This document shows positions 61,955 through 64,000 of a DNA stretch of 64,000 bases, piece by piece; positions within the stretch are counted from its first letter, which is position 1, and the number at the start of each line of letters is the position of its first letter. The notes beneath the pieces were generated by a model. That model saw only the letters and a program-made list of their open reading frames with translations, was not told where the DNA came from and did not search any database. A program made the position numbers and the translations under genes. Where the stretch lies: assembly GCA_050248855.1 (NCBI GenBank), contig JBFWRP010000001.1, positions 1 through 64,000 on the forward strand, given 5' to 3'. The stretch is from Planctomycetota bacterium. GTDB lineage: Bacteria > Planctomycetota > PLA2 > JAEUHO01.

Positions 61955-63000
61955 GCAGCCTCCAAGGGGGTGACACGCGAAACGACGACGAGACCGACGG
62001 GCGCACCGGGCCGCGCGTCGACATCGGCCAGGGCCTCGACGCGCGTCCCGGCGACATCCGCGACGACGTGCGTGCCGTGGGCCGTCTCGAAGCGGTCGAC
62101 CACGGTCGCCGCCACGCCCTCGTGCGGCGCGCGCGCCCGCACGTCCGCAGGGCGCAGCGCAAGCCTGACCGCGCGACCGTCCGTGGCGCCGGGACCGCCT
62201 GCCGGCTCCAAGGGGCCGAGCACGGTATCGAGCGCGGTCCCGCGCCACGTTGCCGGCAGCAGCGTGACGGCGCCAAAGGCGCGCGCGGCGGCCTCGGTGC
62301 GCGGGGCCCGAAGGACGTCGCGCGGGACGCCCGACTCGGCCACACGGCCTGCCTCGAGGACGGCGACCTGGTCCGCGATCTCCAGGGCGTCATCGGGATC
62401 GTGCGTCACGAGGACGGCCGTGTGACGGCGCTCGCGGGCCAGCTCGCGCAACAAGGCACGCAGGGCTTGACGCCGCGTCGGGTCGACGTGGGCCAGGGGC
62501 TCGTCGTAGAGGACGAGCCCGGGCTCGGCGGCCAGCGTCCGGGCGATGGCGACGCGCTGCCGCTCGCCACCGGACAGCGCGCCCGGCCGGCGTCGTGCAA
62601 GCGCGGGCGGCAAGCCGACGCGATCGAACCACGCCGCGACCTCCGCACGACGACCGCGACCCGTCCCCGAGGCGCGCAGCGCAAACGCCACGTGATCGCC
62701 GGCCGTGAGGTGCGGCCAGAGCTCCAGGCCTTGGAACACGACGCCCACGCGACGCGCCTCCGGGGCCACGTGTACACCCTCGCCGTCCAGCAGGCGGTCG
62801 CCCAGACGCACGGTCCCGCTTCGCGGGCGCACGAGACCGGCCAACGCCCGCAGCAGCGTCGTCTTGCCGGCGCCACTCGTGCCGAGGAGCGCCAGCGTCG
62901 TCTCCGCCTCGTGGTCGAACGTGATGCCATGGAGCACGGCCGGCGCAGCGGCGTGGGGCGCCACGACGAGCTCGCGTACGGAGAGGGACTGGCCGTTCAT
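61951..63000 (-). CDS. ABC importer-type ATP-binding protein (FbpC/PotA-like, TOBE C-terminus)
   Basis: GTSGAGKTTLLR..AGL, R.VG.VFQ...LWPHLT, LSGGERQRVA.AR, LYDEP and VTHD..DA. Confidence 0.9.
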   Translation of the reverse strand: MNGQSLSVRELVVAPHAAAPAVLHGITFDHEAETTLALLGTSGAGKTTLLRALAGLVRPRSGTVRLGDRLLDGEGVHVAPEARRVGVVFQGLELWPHLTAGDHVAFALRASGTGRGRRAEVAAWFDRVGLPPALARRRPGALSGGERQRVAIARTLAAEPGLVLYDEPLAHVDPTRRQALRALLRELARERRHTAVLVTHDPDDALEIADQVAVLEAGRVAESGVPRDVLRAPRTEAAARAFGAVTLLPATWRGTALDTVLGPLEPAGGPGATDGRAVRLALRPADVRARAPHEGVAATVVDRFETAHGTHVVADVAGTRVEALADVDARPGAPVGLVVVSRVTPLEAA

Positions 63001-64000
63001 CGGGAACCTCGCTCGGCCAGCGCGTTCCACGCGGCGTCGACCTGCGCTCGCGTGACGTGGCGGGCCGTCTCGTCCCCCGGCTCCGACTGCGCGTCGTGGA
63101 CGTGGGCCGGGAGGTCGAGGGCGCGCCGCAGCAGATCCCACCACGCGTGGCGCTGCTCGCGCGTCGGGGCCGCGAGGCCGGCCGCGACAACGCCCCACAC
63201 CGCCTGCGGGCCCTCCTGCACCAGGCGCCCCACGGTCCAGGCCCGCTGGGCGTCGCGTCCGTCCGGTGCAAGGTCCGCCAGGGCCTTCGCCACGCGCGCA
63301 TCGCGCGGCGCGCCCACGAGACCGCCGAGCGCCGCGACGCGCACCTCCTCCAGGGGATCCTGCAGCAAGCGCAGCAACACCTCGAGGGCCGCGGGTACGG
63401 TGCGCGCGTAGGCCCCCAGGGCGACCGCCGCGCGCGCGCGGACCATCGGCCGTGCGTCCGTGGCCAGGTCGTCGAGCGCGGGCACGGCGCGCGGATCGCG
63501 GACGAGACCCAGCGCGAGGGCGATCTCGCTGCGGGCCACGGGGCGGACGGCCGTGGCGGCGGCCTCGACGAGTGCCGGCGTCATCGGCGGACCGATCAGC
63601 TCGATGGCGGCCTTCGAGATGATGAAGCGGCGCGCGTCGTTCTCGCGCAGGTTGTGGACGAGCTGGCGCGAAGCGGCCTGGAACGAGGGCGCCGTCTCGT
63701 CGAACGCCGTGCGCAGGAGGTCGCCCTGGTCCCGGCGCTCGTGCCACCAAGCGGCCAAGGCCTCGAACGCCGCCTGACGCTGCGGGATGCCCGCATCGGG
63801 CGTGAAGCCGTGGGCGGGAGCGCCCGGCAGATGCCGCTCGAGCGCATCCGTCGCCTCCTGCAGGACGCGGATGCGGAAACGCGCGCGACGTGGATCCAGC
63901 TGGCGCTCGATCAAGTAGCCCGCCGCACGCGGTACGCCAAGGCGCAGCAAGGCTTCGCACGCCGCCGCATCGACGGCGAAGTAGTCGATGTTGGGCCACT
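62997..64000 (-). CDS. HEAT-repeat protein, 5' end outside the window
   Basis: Frame is open to the window edge; ARSEIALALG..RDPRAVPAL, VRARAAVALG and LLQDPLEEVRVAAL; ATGA overlap with the ABC ATPase. Confidence 0.78.
   Translation of the reverse strand, partial: WPNIDYFAVDAAACEALLRLGVPRAAGYLIERQLDPRRARFRIRVLQEATDALERHLPGAPAHGFTPDAGIPQRQAAFEALAAWWHERRDQGDLLRTAFDETAPSFQAASRQLVHNLRENDARRFIISKAAIELIGPPMTPALVEAAATAVRPVARSEIALALGLVRDPRAVPALDDLATDARPMVRARAAVALGAYARTVPAALEVLLRLLQDPLEEVRVAALGGLVGAPRDARVAKALADLAPDGRDAQRAWTVGRLVQEGPQAVWGVVAAGLAAPTREQRHAWWDLLRRALDLPAHVHDAQSEPGDETARHVTRAQVDAAWNALAERGSR

Overview
This is a very GC-rich bacterial chromosomal window. Its gene content suggests Planctomycetota (inference): secreted HEAT-repeat and HEAT+vWA proteins, a UAP1/UDPGP-type pyrophosphorylase, and a small ERR/DRR...FPTWSEVL protein. 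About 43 CDS plus tRNA-Leu(CAG) can be supported. Core genes are mutM, hrpA, recA, thpR, alaS, rpmF-plsX-fabD-fabG-acpP-fabF, ddl and pepA. Accessory genes include a carbamoyltransferase, an iodotyrosine-deiodinase-like nitroreductase, a tricorn-like S41 protease, an ABC-2 exporter, a TldD/TldE pair, two paralogous pentaheme cytochromes, a metzincin lipoprotein and several HEAT/TPR proteins. I saw no integrase, transposase, phage or cas gene. The most notable signals are non-coding. (1) Two tandem arrays with 102-bp and 91-bp units lie 54 kb apart and share a ~36-bp hairpin core. (2) A dif-like XerC/XerD site at 54166-54193 sits where gene orientation flips. (3) An 84-bp palindromic element with a compensatory base-pair change occurs downstream of both recA and fabF. 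(4) A decayed higA antitoxin lies behind recA. (5) TANNNT boxes recur 6-8 nt before start codons, suggesting leaderless mRNAs. All product calls come from motif recognition by eye; no database searches were run.
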